The notes beneath the pieces are model-generated. The model did no database searches and had not been told where the DNA came from. It was given only the letters and a program-made list of their open reading frames with translations. The position numbers were made by a program, and so were the translations under genes. From Marinicrinis lubricantis (GTDB taxonomy: Bacteria > Bacillota > Bacilli > Paenibacillales > KCTC-33676), in assembly GCF_965137935.1 (NCBI RefSeq), contig NZ_CBCSCT010000001.1: 32,000 nucleotides of DNA, one strand, 5' to 3'. Of the stretch, positions 16,063 through 24,523 are shown in pieces. The stretch's first letter is position 1. Each line of letters begins with the position of its first letter.

Positions 16063-17496
16063 ATGATGAATGGTGCACCTATTTCTACAGCAATGGTTTC
16101 CAGCGGGCAAACGGCAACGAGTACACAAGCTGCTGCAGCCCAGGTCCAGTTAACTGGAGGAAGCGCGACGCAGGGGAAAGGGCCGGATTTCCTTCAGACA
16201 CTGCAGCAAGCCATGACATTGGGATTAAGTCCTGAAGCTTTAATAGCTTTGCAGGGGCAAGGGAATTTCGCCATTATGGAAAATCACGAGCTGCAATTGT
16301 CGATACAGGCTCTGAGCGCTGAGGATGATTCTTCTACAACAGAAGAACAAATGGACTCTTTACTACAGTTGTTAGACGCTTTAAATGCTCAACTCAATTC
16401 TGAAGAGACCGTTCCAGCGGCAGAAGAAACATGGATTTTGGTAGAAGACATTCTTGAACAAATTGCCGGCCTGCTGCTTCAAAAGCTTCCTGTATCTGTG
16501 CAGGACGCTATGCGGGCAGATCACCAGCCAACCGCTTCTGCTAACGTAAAGGAACAAATCAGCCAATTGCTTCCGCTTCTTCAACAGCTTGGCTCTAAAT
16601 CCGAACAGAACAGCGTGGATCTGCCCTTAGCTTCGAAACAGCAGCTGAATGTATTATTGGCACAGTTGGAGACTGTTACTCGTCATATTGCATCAACGAC
16701 GGTGAAACAAAATGTGCAACCTGTGATCGATGCAGATGCTCTAGTCGCAGCACAGGCAGGTCAATCCGAAAAGACGGAAACAGGCAAACCTAATCCTTCG
16801 ACTGCATCAACAGGACAATCTGTTTCCAGTCCTTCCCTTACTGTGGTGAATATGAATCACGCTGCGGCTCAAGCGTCTGAGAGTCAACCGATCCAAGAGG
16901 TTTCCGAGAAGCCAGCGGTGACCCAGGATGCTTCTGCAGCTGTTAAGGAGCCGCAAGTTGAGACTGCGGTGAATGTAAAGACGGATGTCCCTGTACATAA
17001 GGCGGCAGCTGATGTACAAGCCAATCCTACCGTGAAGATGCATGCTCATCAATTTGCGGAGGAAATGAGCCGACTGGTCAAATCCATGAATTTGTCACAG
17101 CAAAACGGCATGGCGGAAGCGAAAATTATTTTGATGCCTGAAACACTGGGGCAAGTTGAAGTCCGCATCAGCATGCAAAACGGTGTCATGACTGCGCAAT
17201 TTGTGGCCGATACGATGCTCGGCAAGGATGCCCTGGAAACACAGCTCCTTCAACTGAGAGCTTCTCTGCAGCAGCAGGGACTGCAAGTAGATAAACTGGA
17301 AGTAACCCAAAGCAGCGTATTTGCAGGCATGAATCAAGAGCAGCAGAGACAAGGCTTCACACACCAGTCTCCTTCGCCGAAATCGAATAAAGACAAAGTA
17401 GAGGCTTACGAACAAACTGCAATCGTTGACGAAGGAATGGATGATTCAGGTTTGGACGATGAAGTGCGTGAAGGCGGGTTCCATGCAACAGCGTAA
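16063..17496 (+). CDS. fliK: Flagellar hook-length control protein FliK
   Basis: 477 aa with a Q/A/S/T-rich low-complexity N-region. The C-terminal Flg_hook-type domain reads AEAKIILMPETLGQVEVRISMQNGVMTAQFVADTMLGKDALETQLLQLRASLQQQGLQVDKLEV. Confidence 0.88.
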   Translation: MMNGAPISTAMVSSGQTATSTQAAAAQVQLTGGSATQGKGPDFLQTLQQAMTLGLSPEALIALQGQGNFAIMENHELQLSIQALSAEDDSSTTEEQMDSLLQLLDALNAQLNSEETVPAAEETWILVEDILEQIAGLLLQKLPVSVQDAMRADHQPTASANVKEQISQLLPLLQQLGSKSEQNSVDLPLASKQQLNVLLAQLETVTRHIASTTVKQNVQPVIDADALVAAQAGQSEKTETGKPNPSTASTGQSVSSPSLTVVNMNHAAAQASESQPIQEVSEKPAVTQDASAAVKEPQVETAVNVKTDVPVHKAAADVQANPTVKMHAHQFAEEMSRLVKSMNLSQQNGMAEAKIILMPETLGQVEVRISMQNGVMTAQFVADTMLGKDALETQLLQLRASLQQQGLQVDKLEVTQSSVFAGMNQEQQRQGFTHQSPSPKSNKDKVEAYEQTAIVDEGMDDSGLDDEVREGGFHATA

Positions 17497-17526
17497 TTCA
17501 TCTGCTCGTAAAGGAGGGTTAGAGAA

Positions 17527-18075
17527 ATGGCGGATAATGTATTTGGTACGAGCAATATATGGCCGAATTATTCTACGCAAAATATTAACAAAGTAACACG
17601 AGAGCCGAAAACGGAATTAGGTAAAGATGAGTTTTTGCAATTGTTGGTTGCACAGTTGAAGAACCAAGACCCTACCCAGCCGGTAGAGGATCGTGAATTC
17701 ATCTCCCAAATGGCGCAATTCAGCTCTGTCGAACAAATTATGAATATGTCTCAGCAGTTGAGCATGATGCGCCAGTCCATGGGGATTTCATCCGATTTGA
17801 TTGGGAAAAACGTGAATTTCATCGTTTGGAACACTGCGACTTACCAAGAACAAACCATGACGGGTATTGTCGAAGGGATTAAGATGAAGGATGGCTATCA
17901 GTATGCAATTGTTGATGGCCAAGAAGTGTCGCTGGATCAAATCACTAAAATTTGGTTTTCGGAAGAAGAGCCTGTTGTAGACGACGGCAGTGAAGAAAGT
18001 GAACACACCGATTCAACTCCCGACACAAACGAGTCTACTGCTGGGGACACTCCCGTGACTGAAGGAAGTGAATAA
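17527..18075 (+). CDS. flgD: Flagellar hook assembly (capping) protein FlgD
   Basis: It has LGKDEFLQLLVAQLKNQDPTQPVEDREFISQMAQFSSVEQ, the FlgD signature. The C-terminal tail is acidic. Confidence 0.93.
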   Translation: MADNVFGTSNIWPNYSTQNINKVTREPKTELGKDEFLQLLVAQLKNQDPTQPVEDREFISQMAQFSSVEQIMNMSQQLSMMRQSMGISSDLIGKNVNFIVWNTATYQEQTMTGIVEGIKMKDGYQYAIVDGQEVSLDQITKIWFSEEEPVVDDGSEESEHTDSTPDTNESTAGDTPVTEGSE

Positions 18076-18076
18076 G

Positions 18077-18457
18077 ATGGCAGACCAGTTTAGGGTTGGC
18101 AGCTTATACAGCCCTCAGATTCATCCGAAAGCGGTGAACAAGGCTCAAACTTATGCTCGCCGGAACGAAACCAGTTCATTTGAAAATCTTCTCAATCAAC
18201 AGCTGTTGAAATTTAGTCACCACGCCGAAATGCGGTTGGAACAAAGAGGAATTGAAATTCCTCCTGAGCAAATGGAGAAGCTGGAGGCCGCAGTCAATAA
18301 GGCGGCTCAAAAGGGTGCGAAAGAAACACTGTTGCTGATGGATCAAATGGCTTTTATCGTGAATGTCAAAAATCAAACTGTCGTAACTGCTATGGATCAA
18401 ACGGCATTGAAGGATCACATCTTTACGCAAATTGACAGTGCAATGATAGTTCAATAA
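18077..18457 (+). CDS. Small conserved flagellar-operon protein (TIGR02530-like from memory)
   Basis: From ORF 18068..18457. GAAGGAAG (18061-18068) is placed for ATG 18077. The FSHHAEMRLEQRGIEIPPEQMEKLEAAVNKA...MAFIVNVKNQTVVTAMD pattern matches the small protein found between flgD and flgE in many Firmicutes. Confidence 0.7.
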   Translation: MADQFRVGSLYSPQIHPKAVNKAQTYARRNETSSFENLLNQQLLKFSHHAEMRLEQRGIEIPPEQMEKLEAAVNKAAQKGAKETLLLMDQMAFIVNVKNQTVVTAMDQTALKDHIFTQIDSAMIVQ

Positions 18458-18535
18458 ACCAATTGGGCTGGCCCGCTTATGGAGGCCCTGGCCGCTGACC
18501 GATTGATGCGGCTTATAACGAAGGAGGATGTTTTC

Positions 18536-19366
18536 ATGCTTAGATCACTGTACTCCGGAATTTCCGGTATGAAAGGCTTTCAAACAAAATTAGACGTCAT
18601 TGGTAACAACATTGCGAATGTGAACACCGTTGGATTCAAAGGAAGCCGTGTTATGTTTCAGGACATTTTGTCACAAACGATCTCTGGGGTTTCTGCACCA
18701 ACCGATGAGTCCGGCGGTGTGAACCCGCAGCAGGTCGGACTTGGCGTTGAAATCGCAGCAATCGACACGATCCATACGGGAGGCAGCGCAATGACGACGG
18801 GTCAAGTCACAGATTTGCGCATTAACGGTGACGGTTTTTTCGCGGTTAGCTCCGATGTCGATGGAGAGAACTCCTATTTAACTCGTGCCGGTAATTTCAC
18901 AGTGGATGCGAACCGTTATCTTGTCAATGCGGATGGAATGTTCGTACTCGGCGCTGACGGCGCTCCGATTCAATTGGATGATGATATTAACGCTTTTACC
19001 ATTTCGCAGAACGGACAATTCGTCGTGATCAACGCAGATGGTACGAACGAAGTGCGTGAGGATCTGGCGATTGGCGTTGCTCGAGTAACGAATCCTGGTG
19101 GCTTGGAGAAAGTGGGAGGAAGCCTTTATCGGTTAACTCCAAATGCGGAGATGGATGCTGAAAGTGTACTTGACATCATCGGTGCCGCAGGCGATGAAGA
19201 GTTGGGAACAGGTACAATTATTTCCGGACAGTTGGAAATGTCGAATGTCGATTTGACATCTGAATTTACGGAAATGATCGTTGCTCAAAGAGGATTCCAA
19301 TCCAACTCCAGAATTATCACTACATCGGATGAAATTTTGCAAGAGATTGTAAACCTGAAGAGATAA
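18536..19366 (+). CDS. flgE: Flagellar hook protein FlgE (short Firmicute type)
   Basis: From ORF 18479..19366. AAGGAGGA (18521-18528) lies 7 nt before ATG 18536, giving MLRSLYSGISGMKGFQTKLDVIGNNIANVNTVGFK. The C-terminal region is LEMSNVDLTSEFTEMIVAQRGFQSNSRIITTSDEIL. Confidence 0.93.
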   Translation: MLRSLYSGISGMKGFQTKLDVIGNNIANVNTVGFKGSRVMFQDILSQTISGVSAPTDESGGVNPQQVGLGVEIAAIDTIHTGGSAMTTGQVTDLRINGDGFFAVSSDVDGENSYLTRAGNFTVDANRYLVNADGMFVLGADGAPIQLDDDINAFTISQNGQFVVINADGTNEVREDLAIGVARVTNPGGLEKVGGSLYRLTPNAEMDAESVLDIIGAAGDEELGTGTIISGQLEMSNVDLTSEFTEMIVAQRGFQSNSRIITTSDEILQEIVNLKR

Positions 19367-19401
19367 TGACGCTTAAGTAAACGTTAAAATGATTGGCTTT
19401 C

Positions 19402-19446
19402 GGCTTCCCGGTTCAGCGATGCTGGACCGGAGCCCTACATATTTTT
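19402..19446 (+). other. Stable RNA hairpin (10-bp core, loop GAT) followed at a distance by T5, between flgE and flbD
   Basis: CCGGTTCAGC (19408-19417) pairs with GCTGGACCGG (19421-19430) with one G-U pair, plus outer partial pairing. The T5 run at 19442-19446 is 11 nt downstream, so this is not a canonical intrinsic terminator. Confidence 0.35.
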
Positions 19447-19462
19447 CGGCAGGAGGAGCCTG

Positions 19463-19687
19463 ATGATATCCGTTACCCGTTTAAATGGCACAAAGTTTAC
19501 GTTAAACGCTCTACTTATTGAATCTATTGAGTCAACTCCGAATACCATCATTTCCTTGATCACAGGGAATAAATTCATAGTTCTCGAACCAGTAGAAGAT
19601 GTGGTAAGCTTAGTTCGACAATATTTGAGAGGGATCGGTCTCATTGGGACGACTGCACTACTTCATGTCGAGGAGGAGGCTGACTAA
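19463..19687 (+). CDS. flbD: Flagellar protein FlbD (SwrD-like)
   Basis: 74 aa. MISVTRLNGTKFTLNALLIESIESTPNTIISLITGNKFIVLEPVEDVV matches the FlbD family. AGGAGGAG lies upstream. Confidence 0.9.
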   Translation: MISVTRLNGTKFTLNALLIESIESTPNTIISLITGNKFIVLEPVEDVVSLVRQYLRGIGLIGTTALLHVEEEAD

Positions 19688-20149
19688 ATGAAAAAAATGC
19701 TTCCCGTATTAATTATCGTCCTAGTTTCAATTACCTTAATTTCGGTCGCTGCCTTTTCCTTATATCACTTTGTACTTAATGACTCTGGCAGCAGCAATAA
19801 TGAAGCCGCCATCGAAGAGACAAAGCCGCTTACCGCGGAAGAGAAAAAAGAGCTTACCGTGGAAGTGAATGATATCATAACGAATTTATCCGAATTAAAT
19901 TACATTGTTAAAGTGAATATGGATTTCATCGTAGATAGTGAAGAAGCCAAAAACGAATTAACTCTGCTTACTTCAACCGTTAAATCGATTATGGTAAAAA
20001 CATTGGCTGACACGGCACCTGATGAAATGAAGGGCAGCAAAGGCCAAGATACATTTACAGCAAAAATTATGAATGCGGTCAACGCAGAACTTCAAGAAGG
20101 CAAGCTAGTCCAGGTCCAAATTACAGACTTGGTCATTAATCGTCAATAG
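19688..20149 (+). CDS. fliL: Flagellar basal body-associated protein FliL
   Basis: 153 aa with a single N-terminal TM (LPVLIIVLVSITLISVAAFSLYHF) and a FliL-type C-domain. It lies immediately upstream of fliM. Confidence 0.88.
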   Translation: MKKMLPVLIIVLVSITLISVAAFSLYHFVLNDSGSSNNEAAIEETKPLTAEEKKELTVEVNDIITNLSELNYIVKVNMDFIVDSEEAKNELTLLTSTVKSIMVKTLADTAPDEMKGSKGQDTFTAKIMNAVNAELQEGKLVQVQITDLVINRQ

Positions 20150-20184
20150 GCTTTCATGGTGACTTTGCAAAGGGGGTGGATGTT

Positions 20185-21180
20185 ATGGTAGATGTACTTT
20201 CGCAAAATGAAATAGATGCCCTCCTCGCGGCGCTTTCTTCCGGGGAAATGAATGCAGAGGAACTGAAAAAAGAAGATACGGAGAAGAGAGTCCGTGTTTA
20301 TGATTTCAAAAGAGCGGTTCGGTTTTCGAAGGATCATATTCGGAGCTTGACTCGGATTCATGAAAATTTTGCCCGATATTTGACGACATATTTTTCTGCA
20401 CAGCTTAGAACTTTTGTACAAATCAATGTCGTCCAAGTGGAGCAGCTTCCTTATGATGAATTTATTCGTTCGATTCCGAAATTGACGATTTTGAACATTT
20501 TTGAAGCAGCGCCTCTTGAAGGAAGAATGGTGCTTGAGGTAAATCCGAACGTTGCCTTCGCGATGCTGGACAGATTGCTTGGTGGATCAGGCACAGCACC
20601 ATCTAAGGTCAGCGCGCTGACCGAAATTGAAACCAATGTCATGGAAAGAATTTTTTCGAAAGCTTTCGATAGTTTGCAGGAAGCCTGGAAGACCGTAATA
20701 GACATTGAGCCTCGAATGGAGGCATTGGAGACGAATCCGCAATTTATGCAGATTGTTTCTCCTAACGAAACCATAGCATTGATTTCATTAAGCACTAAAA
20801 TCGGTGATACGACAGGAATGATTAATCTATGTATTCCTCATGTGGTGATTGAGCCTGTGATGGCCAGATTATCTGTTCACCACTGGTTCGTCTCACAGAA
20901 AAAGGCGAGGGATGAAAAGGATCAAATCGCACTTACGCATCACCTGAATCAAGCCAAACTACCCGTCATTGCTGAATTGGGTTCCTCAGAGATTACCGTT
21001 CATGAGCTTCTGAATTTGGCGGTTAACGATGTAATCACTCTGAACAAGCCGACAAATGGCGGCTTGCAGATTAAAATAGGTGAAAAAGTTAAGTTTATCG
21101 GAAATCCCGGACAAGTAAAAGGGAAAGTAGCTGTCCAAATTATGGAAGTTGTTGAAGAGGAGGAAGAAGATGTCGAGTAA
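20185..21180 (+). CDS. fliM: Flagellar motor switch protein FliM
   Basis: It has the N-terminal CheY-P binding motif LSQNEIDALL, a CheC-like middle domain, and a C-terminal SpoA/FliN-like domain. The track starts at GTG 20176, but ATG 20185 is better spaced from GGGGGTGG. Confidence 0.95.
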   Translation: MVDVLSQNEIDALLAALSSGEMNAEELKKEDTEKRVRVYDFKRAVRFSKDHIRSLTRIHENFARYLTTYFSAQLRTFVQINVVQVEQLPYDEFIRSIPKLTILNIFEAAPLEGRMVLEVNPNVAFAMLDRLLGGSGTAPSKVSALTEIETNVMERIFSKAFDSLQEAWKTVIDIEPRMEALETNPQFMQIVSPNETIALISLSTKIGDTTGMINLCIPHVVIEPVMARLSVHHWFVSQKKARDEKDQIALTHHLNQAKLPVIAELGSSEITVHELLNLAVNDVITLNKPTNGGLQIKIGEKVKFIGNPGQVKGKVAVQIMEVVEEEEEDVE

Positions 21181-22393
21181 TAAGGATTATTTATCTCAGG
21201 AGGAAATCGATGCGCTTCTTAATCACGCGTCATCTCCTTCTGAAGAGGGAAACACTTCTTCAGACACTTCGGTCGAAGATATTTTAACCTCTTTGGAACA
21301 AGATGCACTGGGCGAAATCGGTAATATCACTTTTGGAAGTGCGGCGACTGCTTTGTCTACACTGTTGGGCAAAAAGGTGGATATTACGACTCCAAAAGTA
21401 TCCATCGTGAGAAGTGAGGCACTGCAGAGCGAATTTCCCGAACCGAACGTAGCCGTACATGTGAATTATGTGGAAGGCTTTCAAGGCGTTAACTTGCTTG
21501 TTATTCAGAAGCGGGATGCTCAGGTCATTGCGAATTTAATGCTGGGCGGCGATGGTACAATCGTTGAAGAAGAGTTGAACGAGATTCATATCAGTGCCGT
21601 GCAAGAAGCGATGAATCAAATGATGGGTTCTTCCGCGACTTCGATGTCTACGATATTTAACCGATTGGTGAATATTTCACCTCCAGGAATCGACATTATG
21701 GATTTGGCGAACGGCCAAACGGAAACACCCCTTCCGCAGGAAGAAGTGTATGTCAAGATTTCGTTCCGTTTGAAAATCGATGATTTGATCGATTCGACCA
21801 TCATGCAGCTCCTTACCGTTTCTTTTGCCAAAGAAATGGTGAACAGCTTGATGGGCGGCTCTGAGGCAGCAGAAGAAGTAGCCGCAACAGCGGTAGAAGA
21901 ACCACCTGCACCTGCGCCACAAGCTGTACCGCAGCAGGCTCCAATGCACGATCAACAGCCTCCTGCAGCTTCGGTGCACCAAGCACCTCCTGTATATCAA
22001 GAACCATATGCGCAGCCGCCATACTATGAACCATCTGCACCTGCGTCTGGACATATTCAGCATCAGCGCAATGTTAATGTGCAGCCAGTAGAATATACCC
22101 AGTTTCAGCCACAAGGTTTTTCACAAGCAACAGGCGGCAACCTAAATCTTTTGATGGACATTCCTTTGAAGGTTACCGTAGAACTAGGGCGTACATCGAA
22201 ACTAGTCAGGGAAATCCTTGAATTGTCCCAAGGCTCGATTATCGAGTTGGACAAGCTTGCAGGCGAACCTGTAGATATTTTAGTGAATAATAAGTTGGTG
22301 GCCAAAGGCGAGGTTGTCGTTATTGATGAGAACTTTGGGGTTCGTGTAACGGATATTGTCAGTCAGGCAGATCGTTTAAAAAACATTCAATAA
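21170..22393 (+). CDS. fliY: Flagellar motor switch phosphatase FliY (CheC-like + FliN domains)
   Basis: From ORF 21149..22393. GAGGAGGAAG precedes ATG 21170, which overlaps fliM by 11 nt. It has an N-terminal LSQEEIDALL and two CheC-type E-x2-N sites (DALGEIGNITFG, SAVQEAMNQMMG). A P/Q-rich linker precedes the C-terminal FliN domain (LLMDIPLKVTVELGRT...GEVVVIDENFGVRVTDIV). Confidence 0.93.
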   Translation: MSSNKDYLSQEEIDALLNHASSPSEEGNTSSDTSVEDILTSLEQDALGEIGNITFGSAATALSTLLGKKVDITTPKVSIVRSEALQSEFPEPNVAVHVNYVEGFQGVNLLVIQKRDAQVIANLMLGGDGTIVEEELNEIHISAVQEAMNQMMGSSATSMSTIFNRLVNISPPGIDIMDLANGQTETPLPQEEVYVKISFRLKIDDLIDSTIMQLLTVSFAKEMVNSLMGGSEAAEEVAATAVEEPPAPAPQAVPQQAPMHDQQPPAASVHQAPPVYQEPYAQPPYYEPSAPASGHIQHQRNVNVQPVEYTQFQPQGFSQATGGNLNLLMDIPLKVTVELGRTSKLVREILELSQGSIIELDKLAGEPVDILVNNKLVAKGEVVVIDENFGVRVTDIVSQADRLKNIQ

Positions 22394-22482
22394 TCGATTA
22401 TGCAGTTACTAATTAGGTATTTTCAATCATTTATGAAATTGATTTAATCATTGTACTTTTATTTCAGGAGGAGACGGATACT

Positions 22483-22845
22483 ATGTCGAACAGAGTATTA
22501 ATTGTGGATGATGCAGCATTTATGAGAATGATGGTAAAGGACATTTTAACGAAAAATGGTTATGAAGTCGTAGGAGAGGCAAGCGACGGAGCACAAGCCG
22601 TTGAGAAATACAAGGAAGTAAAACCTGATCTGGTAACGATGGACATTACGATGCCGGAAATGGATGGGATCGCGGCTTTAAAAGAAATTAAAAAAATGGA
22701 TCCGAATGCAAAAGTCATTATGTGTTCCGCTATGGGACAGCAGGCGATGGTTATCGACGCTATTCAAGCAGGAGCTAAAGATTTTATCGTGAAACCTTTT
22801 CAAGCGGATCGCGTGATCGAAGCCATTAAAAAGACGCTGGGATAA
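22483..22845 (+). CDS. cheY: Chemotaxis response regulator CheY
   Basis: 120-aa stand-alone receiver with VLIVDDAAFMR, phospho-acceptor context LVTMDITMPEMDG, and KDFIVKPF. Confidence 0.96.
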   Translation: MSNRVLIVDDAAFMRMMVKDILTKNGYEVVGEASDGAQAVEKYKEVKPDLVTMDITMPEMDGIAALKEIKKMDPNAKVIMCSAMGQQAMVIDAIQAGAKDFIVKPFQADRVIEAIKKTLG

Positions 22846-22881
22846 GCCCCGGCCTTTTTTTAAGAGAGAGGATTGTGTTCA

Positions 22882-23499
22882 GTGAAAAGAAGAAAAAAAG
22901 GATTCATTCTGCTGCTTACATCGCTGTTGCTGCTAGTTGCATTGAATTCGCCTTTTGCAGTGTTCGCTGCCGATCAGGAAGAGAGCAATACAGAATTTAG
23001 CGGAATAGAATCCGGATTTTCATCTTTCGTATACGTGTGTGTTGTTCTTCTTATTATTATTGGATTAATTGTCGTCATTCTTCGCTTTTTGGGGAAGAAG
23101 AATAAAATGCTCTTTTCGCATCCTGGATTAAGAGTGGTTAGCGCAATTTCCCTTGCACAAAATAAATCTCTGCAGCTGGTTGAAGTCGGCGAGAAAATAT
23201 ATGTTCTTGGTGTCGGTGATGATATTTCCGTGATCGATACGATTGCATCTGCTGAAGAAAAGGACCAGCTGCTGTATTTGCTTGAATCGAAACAAGCCGA
23301 GACGTTGTCCTCGAAATGGTCCGACTGGCTGAATCGTATGCGGTCGCCGAAGAAAGATGAGAAAGAGACGATGGATCATGATGACGCTGCTTCTTTTCAG
23401 CAAGTAATGATGGAAAAATTCAATCGGATATCCGATCAAAAGCAAAAATTGCAGGATTTGCTGCAGGAACAAGAGGACAATAGGAAGGATCGCAGATGA
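22882..23499 (+). CDS. fliO: Flagellar biosynthesis protein FliO/FliZ
   Basis: From ORF 22873..23499. GTG 22882 lies 9 nt after AGAGAGAGGA. It has a signal-like N-terminus (KRRKKGFILLLTSLLLLVALNSPFAVFAADQ), a TM (VYVCVVLLIIIGLIVVILRFL), then the FliO pattern SLQLVEVGEKIYVLGVGDDISVI. Its stop overlaps the fliP start (ATGA). Confidence 0.8.
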   Translation: MKRRKKGFILLLTSLLLLVALNSPFAVFAADQEESNTEFSGIESGFSSFVYVCVVLLIIIGLIVVILRFLGKKNKMLFSHPGLRVVSAISLAQNKSLQLVEVGEKIYVLGVGDDISVIDTIASAEEKDQLLYLLESKQAETLSSKWSDWLNRMRSPKKDEKETMDHDDAASFQQVMMEKFNRISDQKQKLQDLLQEQEDNRKDRR

Positions 23500-24227
23500 A
23501 AAAAACAAGTATGACGCTATCCGCTATATTGATGATATGGCTGGCAGGGGTAAAGCCAGCGATGGCGGAAGATCTGATAAATATTCCTGGCGTAGAGTCT
23601 TCCAGCACGGTAACGATCATTTTATTGATTACTGTGCTGAGCATTGCACCTGCAATCTTACTGTTGATGACTTGCTTTACCCGAGTTGTCGTCGTGCTGG
23701 GATTCGTGAGAACCGCACTAGCGACCAACGCGATGCCGCCGACACAGGTATTAGTCGGACTGGCTATGTTTATCACTTTTTTCGTCATGGCGCCTACTTT
23801 AGGTGAAATCAATGAACAGGCACTGCAGCCGTATTTGCGTGGCGAAATTACAAGTCAAACCGAAGTGCTGGAAAAGGCAGCAGAGCCCATGAAAGAGTTT
23901 ATGGCGAGTCATACACGAGAGAAGGATTTGCTGCTATTTCTTGATTATGCGGGGGCCGAGAAGCCGGAAGATGTTCAAGATATTCCTTTAACGGCGCTTA
24001 TACCCGCCTTTGCTCTGAGTGAACTAAAGACAGCATTTCAAATGGGCTTTATGATTTTTATCCCTTTTCTGATCATTGACATGGTCGTGGCCAGCATTTT
24101 GATGTCTATGGGGATGATGATGCTTCCGCCTGTGATGATCTCACTGCCATTTAAAATCTTGTTATTTATTTTAGTAGACGGCTGGTATTTAGTCGTTCGG
24201 TCACTGCTGCTCAGTTTTAATACATAA
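23496..24227 (+). CDS. fliP: Flagellar type III export apparatus protein FliP
   Basis: It has a signal peptide followed by highly conserved FliP blocks (TFTRVVVVLGFVRTALATNAMPPTQVLVGLAMFITFFVMAP, MGFMIFIPFLIIDMVVASILMSMGMMMLPP). Confidence 0.96.
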   Translation: MKKTSMTLSAILMIWLAGVKPAMAEDLINIPGVESSSTVTIILLITVLSIAPAILLLMTCFTRVVVVLGFVRTALATNAMPPTQVLVGLAMFITFFVMAPTLGEINEQALQPYLRGEITSQTEVLEKAAEPMKEFMASHTREKDLLLFLDYAGAEKPEDVQDIPLTALIPAFALSELKTAFQMGFMIFIPFLIIDMVVASILMSMGMMMLPPVMISLPFKILLFILVDGWYLVVRSLLLSFNT

Positions 24228-24247
24228 CGATAAGCGAGGGAGACTTC

Positions 24248-24517
24248 ATGAGTTCAGAGTTTGTCATAAAATTGGCTGGAGAAGCCATTTATACGGTTTT
24301 AAAAGTTAGTCTGCCCTTAATGCTGTTGGCTCTCGCTGTCGGGTTAATTATTAGCGTGTTTCAAGCAACAACACAAATTCAGGAGCAGACTTTGGCGTTT
24401 GTTCCTAAAATTATCGCAGTACTGGTCGCTTTATTGTTTTTCGGCAGGTGGATGATCACAAGCATGGTGGATTTTACGTACAGCCTACTAAATAATTTAC
24501 ACAACTTTATAGGGTAG
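24248..24517 (+). CDS. fliQ: Flagellar type III export apparatus protein FliQ
   Basis: 89 aa with two TM segments and the conserved ISVFQATTQIQEQTLAFVPKI. Confidence 0.95.
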   Translation: MSSEFVIKLAGEAIYTVLKVSLPLMLLALAVGLIISVFQATTQIQEQTLAFVPKIIAVLVALLFFGRWMITSMVDFTYSLLNNLHNFIG

Positions 24518-24523
24518 TGGTCG

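Noticed and set aside
22846-22872. T7 run after cheY (GCCCCGGCCTTTTTTT) as an internal terminator
   Set aside because: The preceding sequence can form only a 3-bp stem. There is no stable hairpin, and fliO follows immediately with its own RBS.
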